From contig JBBTST010000002.1 of assembly GCA_038064575.1 (NCBI GenBank), positions 9,992-73,991 on the forward strand: DNA of 64,000 nt, read 5' to 3'. This stretch comes from Patescibacteria group bacterium (lineage in GTDB: Bacteria; Patescibacteriota; WWE3; UBA101185; 2-01-FULL-41-18). This document shows, one piece after another, positions 39,848 to 47,914 of the stretch. Positions within the stretch are counted from its first letter, which is position 1; every line of letters begins with the position of its first letter. Under the pieces are notes generated by a model that made no database searches, had not been told where the DNA came from, and saw only the letters and a program-made list of their open reading frames with translations. The translations under genes were made by a program, and so were the position numbers.

Positions 39848-39926
39848 AATAGCAGGCTACCGTATCTTAATATGGTCAGAAAACCCTGATGAACTCCAAA
39901 AGGAGCTTCAACAGGTGAGTTTATAA
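39840..39926 (+). pseudogene. N-terminal fragment of a VOC/glyoxalase-like gene
   Basis: GTG overlapping the upstream gene end; VNKIAGYRILIWSENPDELQK, then similarity is lost and a stop follows. Confidence 0.4.
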
Positions 39927-40195
39927 TCGTTTCCAGGACAGGAAGCTAGCTGCCAAACATTGTTTTTACTTCGCAAAACCTGATCTTTATAGTGAGTACT
40001 AAAAAAATAGTTTCAACGTTGGAAGAAGCCATTAAAATATTAAATGAAGTCGTCATTCCCCTCGAGGCTGTAAACATGAAACAAAAGTATGGAATGGGAA
40101 CACAGCTTTCAAAACTTTTGATTTTCAAAAAGGAAAACCCGATGATGGGAAGAAAAGTAAGACTCATACTTGTAGAAGAGGATTTGGGGTTTTAA
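39911..40195 (+). pseudogene. C-terminal fragment of a LUD-domain (lactate utilization LutC-like) gene with in-frame TAG
   Basis: TGEFIIVSRTGS*LPNIVFTSQNLIFIVSTKKIVSTLEEA...GRKVRLILVEEDLGF; TAG at 39947-39949; N-terminal half absent. Confidence 0.7.
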
Positions 40196-40230
40196 AAGTT
40201 TACCCTCGCCTGTTCTAGCGGTAAAGGTTG

Positions 40231-40265
40231 GCGCCTGAAGATGTTTAAACATCAGGCGCTTTTTT
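40231..40265 (+). terminator. Rho-independent terminator
   Basis: GCGCCTGA...TCAGGCGC followed by T6. Confidence 0.8.
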
Positions 40266-40299
40266 GTATTCTCTTGCTTAAAGCTTTGGTCAATTCAAA

Positions 40300-40563
40300 T
40301 TATTCTTCCAATTCCGGTATCTCATGGCCTGCTGCGACAAGGACTTCGTACAGTCTTTTTGCAGACTGAGGACCGAATTCTGGCACCATAGCAACCAAGC
40401 CTATCCACCCTTTTTCTTTGAGGATGGAGAGTACTTCATCCAAAGTCTTTAAATTACTTAGCATCCACTTGCGAGTTTTACCCGTTAATCTGGCAATCGT
40501 GGTGAGCTCATCAAGAGAATTATGGTTAGCTTTCGCTCGTCTTCTGGCCGAGTCTGTGAGCAT
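40300..40563 (-). CDS. Small protein with RNAP alpha-CTD/HhH-like C-terminus
   Basis: SD GAAAGGAAGG, own TTGACA promoter; VPEFGPQSAKRLYEVLVAAG resembles alpha-CTD [20 protein letters not shown]. Confidence 0.6.
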   Translation of the reverse strand: MLTDSARRRAKANHNSLDELTTIARLTGKTRKWMLSNLKTLDEVLSILKEKGWIGLVAMVPEFGPQSAKRLYEVLVAAGHEIPELEE

Positions 40564-40733
40564 GTGGTTTCCTTCCTTTCAGTTAGGATTTTAATTACAG
40601 TAGTAGCAAAGTTTAGGTATGTCAAATTGACAACTATCGGGTTTTGTCTACGCGAATAGAAGTATCTCTAAGATGTTATCAACTGTGCATTCTCATTTTT
40701 GTAAAACCTTGTTGCTCTGGTGCTATTGACGTA

Positions 40734-41321
40734 TTATCTGTCTATTGAGTGAAAGCTTTTAGGCCAGAGCATATTTTTAAATCGCTTTTTTTTATCAGTA
40801 TGTAGCCTTAGTTCCATAAGAAAAGAAGCAAGTTCCTTTTGCCTGAAAGCTTCGGGGTTATCAGAAAGCATTAAAAATTCGTCAAATGTAACAAGCATAG
40901 GTTTTATCTTTTCACCGGATTCGGGGTTGGGTGGTTGTCTTAATATGCAATTTTTTGCTAGATATATGAATATATTGAAAAATACTTTAGGGATAGGTTT
41001 AAATGTTTTCCAAAGGGTCCAATCGGCAGATTCATACCCAGTTTCTTCCAGCAGTTCTCTTTTTGCACCATCTAATGGATCTTCATCATCAAGTAATCTA
41101 CCGCCTGGTAGAGAAATAAATTTACCTGTATTAGGTTGTTCTTGTTCCAATATGAGAATTTTGTTCCCAATTGTTGCCAGAACTTGAGATGTGTCAGGGC
41201 GTTTGAGCACTTCAAATATCTCCTTTTTTCCATCATACATTTCCTGTTCCCATTGATATACATTGAAGATTCGGCCTTTAAAGACAAGTTTTGCGTTTGA
41301 AGGTAAACCTTTTTCTGTCAT
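40734..41321 (-). CDS. NUDIX hydrolase (ADP-ribose pyrophosphatase-like)
   Basis: Nudix box GGRLLDDEDPLDGAKRELLEETG; start uncertain. Confidence 0.92.
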   Translation of the reverse strand: MTEKGLPSNAKLVFKGRIFNVYQWEQEMYDGKKEIFEVLKRPDTSQVLATIGNKILILEQEQPNTGKFISLPGGRLLDDEDPLDGAKRELLEETGYESADWTLWKTFKPIPKVFFNIFIYLAKNCILRQPPNPESGEKIKPMLVTFDEFLMLSDNPEAFRQKELASFLMELRLHTDKKKRFKNMLWPKSFHSIDR

Positions 41322-41438
41322 TGTTAAGTACATATTAACAAAATAAAATTTTCTTGACATAAAATCTTAATGTTAGGACGAAAGTTTTTATGGTATTGAT
41401 CGAAATGTTAAGTAGTACCCGAGCGTATGGGTTGCGTT

Positions 41439-41876
41439 CTATACTTTACTTGAACAATTAAACATCCATTGAACACCAAATTTATCAGTTAAAGATCCAA
41501 AGTAATCTCCCCAGAACATTTCCTGAAGTGGCATTTCTATCTTACCTTCTTCCGAAAGCTCTTTGAATAATCTGTCAGTTTCTGCTCTGGTATCCGGCTC
41601 AAGATTTATATACACATTATTTCCCGAAATTACTTTAAAGCCCATTGATTCAGGTGCATCTGTTCCCATGAGCACATGACCCCCGAGAATAGGAAGAGCT
41701 ACATGCATGACCAAATTTTTGTCTTCTTCCTTTATTGGCGGCTGCCCCTTCTGAGGGGGTATATCGGAAAAGTGGTTTATTACTCCAGCAAATTCAGTGC
41801 CAAAAACTTTTTTGTAAAACTTAAATGCCTCCTCAGTTTGGTTTTTGAAATTAAGGTAGGTACTTACTTTTGCCAT
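41439..41876 (-). CDS. VOC family protein (PhnB-like)
   Basis: YLNF...EEAFKFYKKVFG, VMHVAL, MPLQEMFWGDYFGSLTDKFGVQWM. Confidence 0.93.
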   Translation of the reverse strand: MAKVSTYLNFKNQTEEAFKFYKKVFGTEFAGVINHFSDIPPQKGQPPIKEEDKNLVMHVALPILGGHVLMGTDAPESMGFKVISGNNVYINLEPDTRAETDRLFKELSEEGKIEMPLQEMFWGDYFGSLTDKFGVQWMFNCSSKV

Positions 41877-42013
41877 AAAGTAAATATAGCAGAGCTGTCT
41901 TAAGTTACAAGCTAAAAGTGCGCAGTGTTCAGGACATACTATACAGTTTATGTATCATCAAGATTAAACAGTTTTTTGAACCTAAATAACAAAGGGTATA
42001 AGTTATTCTAAGT

Positions 42014-42157
42014 TCACGTAACATCCCGTACACTTTGGGTATCCTTTAATCGAGGCAGATTTCCCCTTTCTATAGGAAGTTCTGGTGTCCGCCCTTCGAA
42101 GGAGAAGTTGGAATAATCTTTGAATGCTGCCGTCAAATCTTCTGTTTGGTTTGGCAT
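42014..42157 (-). CDS. Possible 47-aa ORF or truncated gene
   Basis: MPNQTEDLTAAFKDYSNFSFEGRTPELPIERGNLPRLKDTQSVRDVT*, ATG 8 nt after a minus-strand TATAAT. Confidence 0.35.
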   Translation of the reverse strand: MPNQTEDLTAAFKDYSNFSFEGRTPELPIERGNLPRLKDTQSVRDVT

Positions 42158-42181
42158 ACAGTTGTATTATACTTTATTCCG

Positions 42182-43420
42182 ATGCCAAGGATTTCAAATA
42201 TTCATGCCCATAAAGTTTTAAATTCCCGTGGTAACTGGACAATCAATACGGAAGTTGAGTTGGAAGACGGAGCTAAAGGGCATGGGGAAATTCCCGAGGG
42301 GGCTTCAAAAGGAGGAAGAGAAGCTGTTTCAGTTAACCCGGAGTTGGCAGTTGAGATTATCAACGAGCGGCTTGGGCCTAATTTTTGCGGCGAGGAGGCC
42401 GAAAACCAATATAAAATTGACCAGCGTTTAATAGAGATTGATGGAACTCCAGATAAGAGTAAGCTTGGTGAGAACACTCTTTTATCTGTTTCTATTGCGG
42501 TTGCCAAGGCTGTGGCGCACTCGCGCAAAATTCAACTTTTTCAGTATTTATCAGAACTTTTTCAAACTAAAGAAATAGGCATTCCAACCCCTATTTTTAA
42601 TGTGATAAATGGGGGAAAGCATGCGCAAAACGATCTTTCTTTTCAGGAGTTTATGGCTATCCCATCGCGTTTCCTGCCCTATGACAAGGCTTTGGATATG
42701 GGGGCCAAAACCTATTTAACGCTTAAAAATCTTCTGGCGGAGGATGGTTTTGATATTGAAGTTGGGGATGAGGGGGGTTTTGCGCCTGAGAATTTGCATA
42801 CCAGGCAAGCACTGGATTTTATTGTAAAGGCTGCCAAAACTGCTCACTTTAAAGTTGAAGAGGAAATCTTTTTGGGGCTTGATGTAGCTTCGAACTCATT
42901 TTTTGAAAAAGGCTCTTATGTGGTGAAGGGTGAAAAGGTTAAATTTGATGCTTTCGCTCTTAAAAAGTTTTATGGTGAGCTTTTGCACGACTACCCTATA
43001 ATTTACATTGAGGATATGTTTATGGAGGAGGATCTTACTTCCTGGGCCGATTTTTACAAGGGGTATTCGGAGAAGTTGTTGATTGTTGGTGACGATTTAA
43101 CGGTAACAAATACCAAAAGACTTGAAACTGTTGCTGCTAAAAAGTGTTGTAATGCGGTTATTGTTAAGCCAAATCAGATTGGAACTTTAACCGAAACGTA
43201 TGAGTTTGTGAAAAAAGCTAAGGATCTTGGAATGTACACAATCGTTTCGCACAGAAGCGGCGAGGCCGTAGTTGATACATTTATAGCCGACTTTGCCGTA
43301 GCGGTTAATGCCGATTATCTGAAAGCCGGCGCTCCCGCCCATGAAAGAGTTGCCAAATATAACAAGCTTTTGGAGATTTACGGAGAGTTAAATGGGATTG
43401 AAGGCTACTGCAAAATTTAA
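42182..43420 (+). CDS. eno: Enolase
   Basis: LNSRGN, NGGKHA, FQEFM, VGDEGGFAP, VGDDLTVTN, KPNQIGTLTE, SHRSGE, ERVAKYN. Confidence 0.96.
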   Translation: MPRISNIHAHKVLNSRGNWTINTEVELEDGAKGHGEIPEGASKGGREAVSVNPELAVEIINERLGPNFCGEEAENQYKIDQRLIEIDGTPDKSKLGENTLLSVSIAVAKAVAHSRKIQLFQYLSELFQTKEIGIPTPIFNVINGGKHAQNDLSFQEFMAIPSRFLPYDKALDMGAKTYLTLKNLLAEDGFDIEVGDEGGFAPENLHTRQALDFIVKAAKTAHFKVEEEIFLGLDVASNSFFEKGSYVVKGEKVKFDAFALKKFYGELLHDYPIIYIEDMFMEEDLTSWADFYKGYSEKLLIVGDDLTVTNTKRLETVAAKKCCNAVIVKPNQIGTLTETYEFVKKAKDLGMYTIVSHRSGEAVVDTFIADFAVAVNADYLKAGAPAHERVAKYNKLLEIYGELNGIEGYCKI

Positions 43421-43496
43421 TCTTTTTGTGACCAATTTATTTTGATGTTATTATCCAGTCAAATTCTAAGTCGCTAAGAAAGGAAGAAACAGAAAA

Positions 43497-43754
43497 ATGT
43501 GGGATATACCAAGAAACTTTAAAGGGGAGGGAACTGATAATACTGAGCGTTACTTACTATCGCTTGGATTTACTAACATTAGCAATCATCCAAGTGATAG
43601 ATTTCTCTTAAAGGCTGAGCCTCCTGATGGGTGGAAGAGGGAAAAAGTAGAGGATGGCGAGTGGTTTGTAAGGGATGATAACAGAGAAGTGCGCTTTGTT
43701 ATGCACATCTGTTCTACCGCTCCCAACCGCGGCTATTGGCTTGAGGAGAAGTGA
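43497..43754 (+). CDS. Hypothetical protein
   Basis: SD GAAAGGAAG, own terminator, no family recognised. Confidence 0.6.
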   Translation: MWDIPRNFKGEGTDNTERYLLSLGFTNISNHPSDRFLLKAEPPDGWKREKVEDGEWFVRDDNREVRFVMHICSTAPNRGYWLEEK

Positions 43755-43759
43755 AAAAT

Positions 43760-43800
43760 TTGGGATAGAGGAAAGGTATTGCCCCTATCCCAACTAATTT
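43760..43800 (+). terminator. Probable terminator hairpin
   Basis: TTGGGATAG...CTATCCCAA inverted repeat. Confidence 0.55.
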
Positions 43801-43849
43801 TCTTAGAACTTAAAGATAATTCAGCTTGAATTTATTGTAGAATCTAATT

Positions 43850-44989
43850 GTGGAATTGAAAGAAGAAATTCTTAAAATTGATCCAAATATTCAATTTGCA
43901 TTAAAAGTTGTTAAGAATGGGGAACTTGTTTGCTATAAGGGAGAGGCCTTTACACTTTTTTACCTTGCAAGTATTTCTAAGCTTTGTTGGGTTATCACAG
44001 TTCTTAATCTTTGCAGAGAAAAAAATTTATCAATAACGGAACCTATTGTTTCCTGTTATTTAAACAAAAATCTGTTTGAGGATATTTTTGATTATTGTGC
44101 TAAGGGTAAACCTGTAGACAAATTTGTAGAGCGAGATTTTTATTCTAAGCATGCGGTAATTCTGGGAAAGCTTAAAAACATCAGCTTAGAGTCTTTGAAA
44201 GCTCTTAAAAAAGCTGTAAAGGAGGAAAATTATCTATATCTTCTGGATCTTGTGGAACTTAGTATTCTAAATGAGGGGAAGGAGGAGCTTAAGGGCTTAA
44301 TAGCCAAAAAACTTGAGCGTGGAGATAAAACAAATTTTGGTAATTTTAGTATAAAAGAGTTAATTGATGTAACTCTTGGACCTTCAAGCAACCATTCGCT
44401 TTTGAATTTAAAGGATTTTTTGAAAGAGTTAGGTTATGAGATTCCAGCTAATGTGGTGCAGAAAAGAATGGAGGAGATTCTAGGTACTTATTTTTCTAAT
44501 AGTAAGCTTACCATTACAGGCTCAGACAAGGCTTCAAAGTGTGGGTATTGGAACTGCGGGACTTTTGATGAACTTTTTAAACTGTTTTACCTGCTAGCGC
44601 ATAAAGATAAAAGTTTAGGATTAATGGAGGAAGAGTATAAAGTCGTGATCGACTCCATGAAAGAAGTGGCTGATAGTAATATTGAGCTTAAGCCTTATCT
44701 TGTAGAGAAGAACTTTACATTCAGCGATTGCTTTGGAAAATCAGGATATTTTCCTAATATTGATTTGGAAGATTTTAAAAGTGCTTTTGTTAAGCAGAAG
44801 AAACTTGGTTTTAAACACCTGATGAGTCTTTGTTGTTTGGAAAATATATTAGTTAATGAAATATCTTTTGATATAGGTTATTTTGTAACTTATTTTCATA
44901 ATGAGGAGAATTCTGACAATTTACTTAGTGTTAAGAAAGAACTATCTGAGAAATTTAGAGCATTCTCCCTATCGGAGCTTGGCTCCTAA
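43850..44989 (+). CDS. Divergent serine beta-lactamase/PBP-fold hydrolase
   Basis: F.LASISK (SxxK), PSSNH (SxN), GKSG (KTG-like); no signal peptide. Confidence 0.65.
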   Translation: MELKEEILKIDPNIQFALKVVKNGELVCYKGEAFTLFYLASISKLCWVITVLNLCREKNLSITEPIVSCYLNKNLFEDIFDYCAKGKPVDKFVERDFYSKHAVILGKLKNISLESLKALKKAVKEENYLYLLDLVELSILNEGKEELKGLIAKKLERGDKTNFGNFSIKELIDVTLGPSSNHSLLNLKDFLKELGYEIPANVVQKRMEEILGTYFSNSKLTITGSDKASKCGYWNCGTFDELFKLFYLLAHKDKSLGLMEEEYKVVIDSMKEVADSNIELKPYLVEKNFTFSDCFGKSGYFPNIDLEDFKSAFVKQKKLGFKHLMSLCCLENILVNEISFDIGYFVTYFHNEENSDNLLSVKKELSEKFRAFSLSELGS

Positions 44990-45019
44990 CTGGGGTTCTT
45001 CTCAATCAAGTTTATGGGT

Positions 45020-45790
45020 TTAGATTTTGTACGAGGCAAAGTCTTGGGCTAAAGGATTTTCCAGCGCGCACATTTCCTCTATTGTTAAGTTTTCCATAAA
45101 CCTCCTTAAGGCTCGCATAGAATTTGAATGGCAGGAGAGGACTACATTGATTTTTCTTTCTTTCATAAAAGGCAAAAGCTCTTCTAAAAAGAGTTTAACA
45201 CGTTCTTCCACCATTTTAAGGCTTTCGCCGTTTTTTGTCGGGAAGTCATAAGCTCGTCTATATTTTTCCTCAATTTTCTGATCTTTTAGGTATAACTCAA
45301 CCTTGCTTGTGCCTTGAAGCTCTCCATATGAGCGTTCAATTAGCCTGTCATCCAAGAGTACTTTATATGTTAAGTAAGCCTTGACAATCTCTGTTGGTTT
45401 TTTTGGATAAGCCGTTGAGATATCCGCCTGGGAAGCCTTACAAAGAGTTAACGTATCAGGTGGGAAGGACCAAGCTGTGTTTTCTGCCAGTACTAGATCT
45501 AGTGTTTGTATAGCCCTTTTAAGGGTAGATGAAACTGCAAGGTCAAAATTTTCATACTTTAGTTTATTGGCCAGTATTTTTGCCTGATCCTGCCCAAGTT
45601 TTGTAAGATCTGGGTCCCTCCAACCTGAGAAGTAGTACTGTTCATTGTCTTGAGACTGGCCGTGTCTGAAAACATATAGAATGGGGGGCGTTTTGGATGA
45701 GGTTTTTGGAAGAGGTTTTATGAAATCTTTTTTTGATATTGCCTCAATAGCCCTTTTAGTAAGTTCTTGATTGTTTACTAAGTCTTGCAT
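45020..45790 (-). CDS. gpmA: 2,3-bisphosphoglycerate-dependent phosphoglycerate mutase
   Basis: RHGQS..N...FSGW.D, ERSYGELQG, GESLK, HSNSMRAL. Confidence 0.88.
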   Translation of the reverse strand: MQDLVNNQELTKRAIEAISKKDFIKPLPKTSSKTPPILYVFRHGQSQDNEQYYFSGWRDPDLTKLGQDQAKILANKLKYENFDLAVSSTLKRAIQTLDLVLAENTAWSFPPDTLTLCKASQADISTAYPKKPTEIVKAYLTYKVLLDDRLIERSYGELQGTSKVELYLKDQKIEEKYRRAYDFPTKNGESLKMVEERVKLFLEELLPFMKERKINVVLSCHSNSMRALRRFMENLTIEEMCALENPLAQDFASYKI

Positions 45791-45875
45791 AACTAAACGT
45801 TATTTTAACATAATAAACAGCTTCAAATTTCTGTGGGTTTAAAATTATTGCCTACTTTTATTAAAAGATTATAAA

Positions 45876-46676
45876 ATGGACGTAATGTCTGTTAATAAAC
45901 TCATCCCATTTTTTATTTTGCTTATTCTTATTGCAGGTGGGGCTTACTTTTATATTGTAGCCAAATCTCCAAACACACAAGTTAGAAGAGTTGATCTTGA
46001 TTCTAAATTGAATCTTGAAGTTGATGAGGAAAAAGACCTTAATTTAGTTATTAGTACTGACCAAACATACACTACAGCGTCAAAAAATTTTGATGTTAAA
46101 GAGACTTGGGTTGATAATACTCTTAATTTAACTATCCTAGGTTTTAAGGCAAGCTCAATTGGTTTAGATGTGATGACTAGACCAAGTTATAGAATACTTA
46201 TTCCCAGAGATAAGAAAGAAGTGGAATTAAATATTTTTTATAAGAAGTTGAAAGCAACGTACAAAGTGACAATTTCTGAAACTAAAGTTGTTATTGAACC
46301 TTTATGGGAGGCGGATTTTATAAGTCCCAAAAATTTGGTGTATTTAAGATCTCCGGAAGGAGTGGTAAGAATAGCAATGTTTTCAGACAGCAAACTCTAT
46401 ACAAGTAAAGACAGTGAGAACTTGTGGAAGGAACTAAGTCAATATCTTACCTCATATGGATGTAGCCCTTACGCCTTGGACGATAGTGCTTATACCAGCG
46501 CCTGGTTTTTTTTAAAAAACCCTGAAATAAAGCATTTTATATGTGCAGAGGACTTTAGGTATTACCCAAACCCTTTTGATGCTTTCTCTAGTAAACATTG
46601 TACGGAAAAGGAATCCACATGTCCTGTAATTACAAAGACTTTCTTTTCTGATAAGGTTAAGGAGATAGGTAAATAA
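45876..46676 (+). CDS. Hypothetical membrane-anchored/exported protein
   Basis: N-terminal TM/signal segment, four Cys in the C-terminal part. Confidence 0.7.
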   Translation: MDVMSVNKLIPFFILLILIAGGAYFYIVAKSPNTQVRRVDLDSKLNLEVDEEKDLNLVISTDQTYTTASKNFDVKETWVDNTLNLTILGFKASSIGLDVMTRPSYRILIPRDKKEVELNIFYKKLKATYKVTISETKVVIEPLWEADFISPKNLVYLRSPEGVVRIAMFSDSKLYTSKDSENLWKELSQYLTSYGCSPYALDDSAYTSAWFFLKNPEIKHFICAEDFRYYPNPFDAFSSKHCTEKESTCPVITKTFFSDKVKEIGK

Positions 46677-46688
46677 TAATTAATCTAG

Positions 46689-47309
46689 CTACTTGTTATA
46701 CCTTCTTATAATGCCTGTCACAACACCTTCAATCTTAACGTCTTTGGCAAAAATCGGTTGCATATTTGGATTTGCCGGTTGTAGCCTGATTGTATCCTTT
46801 TCTTTGTAATACTTTTTAAGTGTTGCAAACTCATTATCTATTAAAGCAACAACAATCTCCCCATTATTTGCCGTGGCTTGTTGAGCTATTACAACATAAT
46901 CACCGTCTAAAATACCTTCATCTATCATGGAGTCGCCTTTTACCTGCAGTACAAAGCAGCGTTTGACCTTGGAAACAAGGTCTGCGTTGACCATGATGGT
47001 TTCTGTGGGATTTTCAATGGCATCAATCGGCCTTCCCGCTGCAATGAAGCCAATAAGAGGGAGCTCGACGCCCTGTAGGGTAGTGGCTATTTTCTGATCC
47101 AGTACTTCAATTCCCCTCACAGCACCCTCAAAGCGGTTAATGACGCCTTTTTTGACTAGGGCTTGCAAGTGTTCGTGGACGGTTGCAAGGGAGGATAAGC
47201 CCATGGCGTTGGCAATTTCTTGAAGGGTAGGGGAATAGCCGGTTTTCTGGATGTATTGGGAGATATAGTCAAGGATAAGTTTTTGCTTTTTGTATAGTGT
47301 TATTGGCAT
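46689..47309 (-). CDS. lexA: SOS repressor LexA
   Basis: HTH GYSPTLQEIA, cleavage site IAAG, GDSM (Ser), ATLKK (Lys); start at ATG 47309. Confidence 0.97.
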   Translation of the reverse strand: MPITLYKKQKLILDYISQYIQKTGYSPTLQEIANAMGLSSLATVHEHLQALVKKGVINRFEGAVRGIEVLDQKIATTLQGVELPLIGFIAAGRPIDAIENPTETIMVNADLVSKVKRCFVLQVKGDSMIDEGILDGDYVVIAQQATANNGEIVVALIDNEFATLKKYYKEKDTIRLQPANPNMQPIFAKDVKIEGVVTGIIRRYNK

Positions 47310-47315
47310 AAGACT

Positions 47316-47345
47316 ACTATACCGAAATAAACCCAAACATGTCAA
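47316..47345 (-). promoter_or_regulatory. lexA promoter with candidate direct-repeat LexA box
   Basis: Minus strand TTGACA-N18-TATAGT-N6-ATG; spacer contains TTTGG-N6-TTCGG. Confidence 0.7.
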
Positions 47346-47418
47346 TACTTCTTTGGACTTTTTAGGGTTTTTGTGCTAGCATGCATTGCAATTTCAAGAA
47401 TAGAAAGGAAAGGGAAAG

Positions 47419-47631
47419 ATGGACGGAGTGAATAAGGCTCTGGAGATCACTGCGCTTTTCAGCGTAGCCATGGGTATCGGGTTGATCCTATACCCATGGG
47501 TCACCCAGCCTGGACCAGTTGCGAACCCGGGCGTCACGGCCACATTTGCGGTTGTTGGCATTGCATTCCTCGTAGGAACCCTTCTAATCGGTATTGTAGG
47601 GATTCTAAGAGTGGGACTTATCCGTAAATAG
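47419..47631 (+). CDS. Small two-TM hydrophobic protein
   Basis: Strong SD GAAAGGAAAGGG, two hydrophobic helices, basic C-terminus. Confidence 0.65.
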   Translation: MDGVNKALEITALFSVAMGIGLILYPWVTQPGPVANPGVTATFAVVGIAFLVGTLLIGIVGILRVGLIRK

Positions 47632-47795
47632 CGCCTCACTGGGCTGTTTTGTAGCAAACTCACAACCACCCAAAGACAAGCGGATAAGAGGCACATAACG
47701 AGGGGTGTCCTCAATCAGACGGAAGCCTTGAGGAACTCATCGAACAAACCCTTGAAGTTGGTCTCGGGAGTGGGTATTGACACCAAACCGGGGAT

Positions 47796-47831
47796 GGGCG
47801 TTTATGCAGAAATGTATGAACGCCCTATTTT
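47796..47831 (+). terminator. Rho-independent terminator
   Basis: GGGCGTTTATGCA-GAAA-TGTATGAACGCCC-TATTTT. Confidence 0.8.
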
Positions 47832-47914
47832 ATTACTTTACCTACAACAAAAACCACCAATTATAACCTATAGCTTGACTACGCAATCAATAATATGCTA
47901 ATATCAATCAACTT

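Noticed and set aside
39886-39915. Hammerhead-like CTGATGA followed by a small hairpin
   Set aside because: No GAAA after the stem; the sequence is explained as the coding remnant NPDELQK
39947-39949. TAG-to-Gln recoding suggested by the in-frame TAG in the LUD fragment
   Set aside because: TAG terminates intact genes here (e.g. 2480, 22560, ftsI 32724, lexA), and the LUD gene is also truncated. A CAG-to-TAG mutation is simpler.
47698-47795. TPP riboswitch-like look (AGGGGTG...ACCCTTGAA)
   Set aside because: Lacks the invariant CUGAGA and CUGAU...UAAU elements, and lies 3' of a gene with no thiamine context
47632-47901. Frame stays open for 89 codons after the TAG of the 70-aa ORF (readthrough?)
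   Set aside because: It runs through a clear terminator and the next promoter, and the translation is not protein-like. Likely chance.
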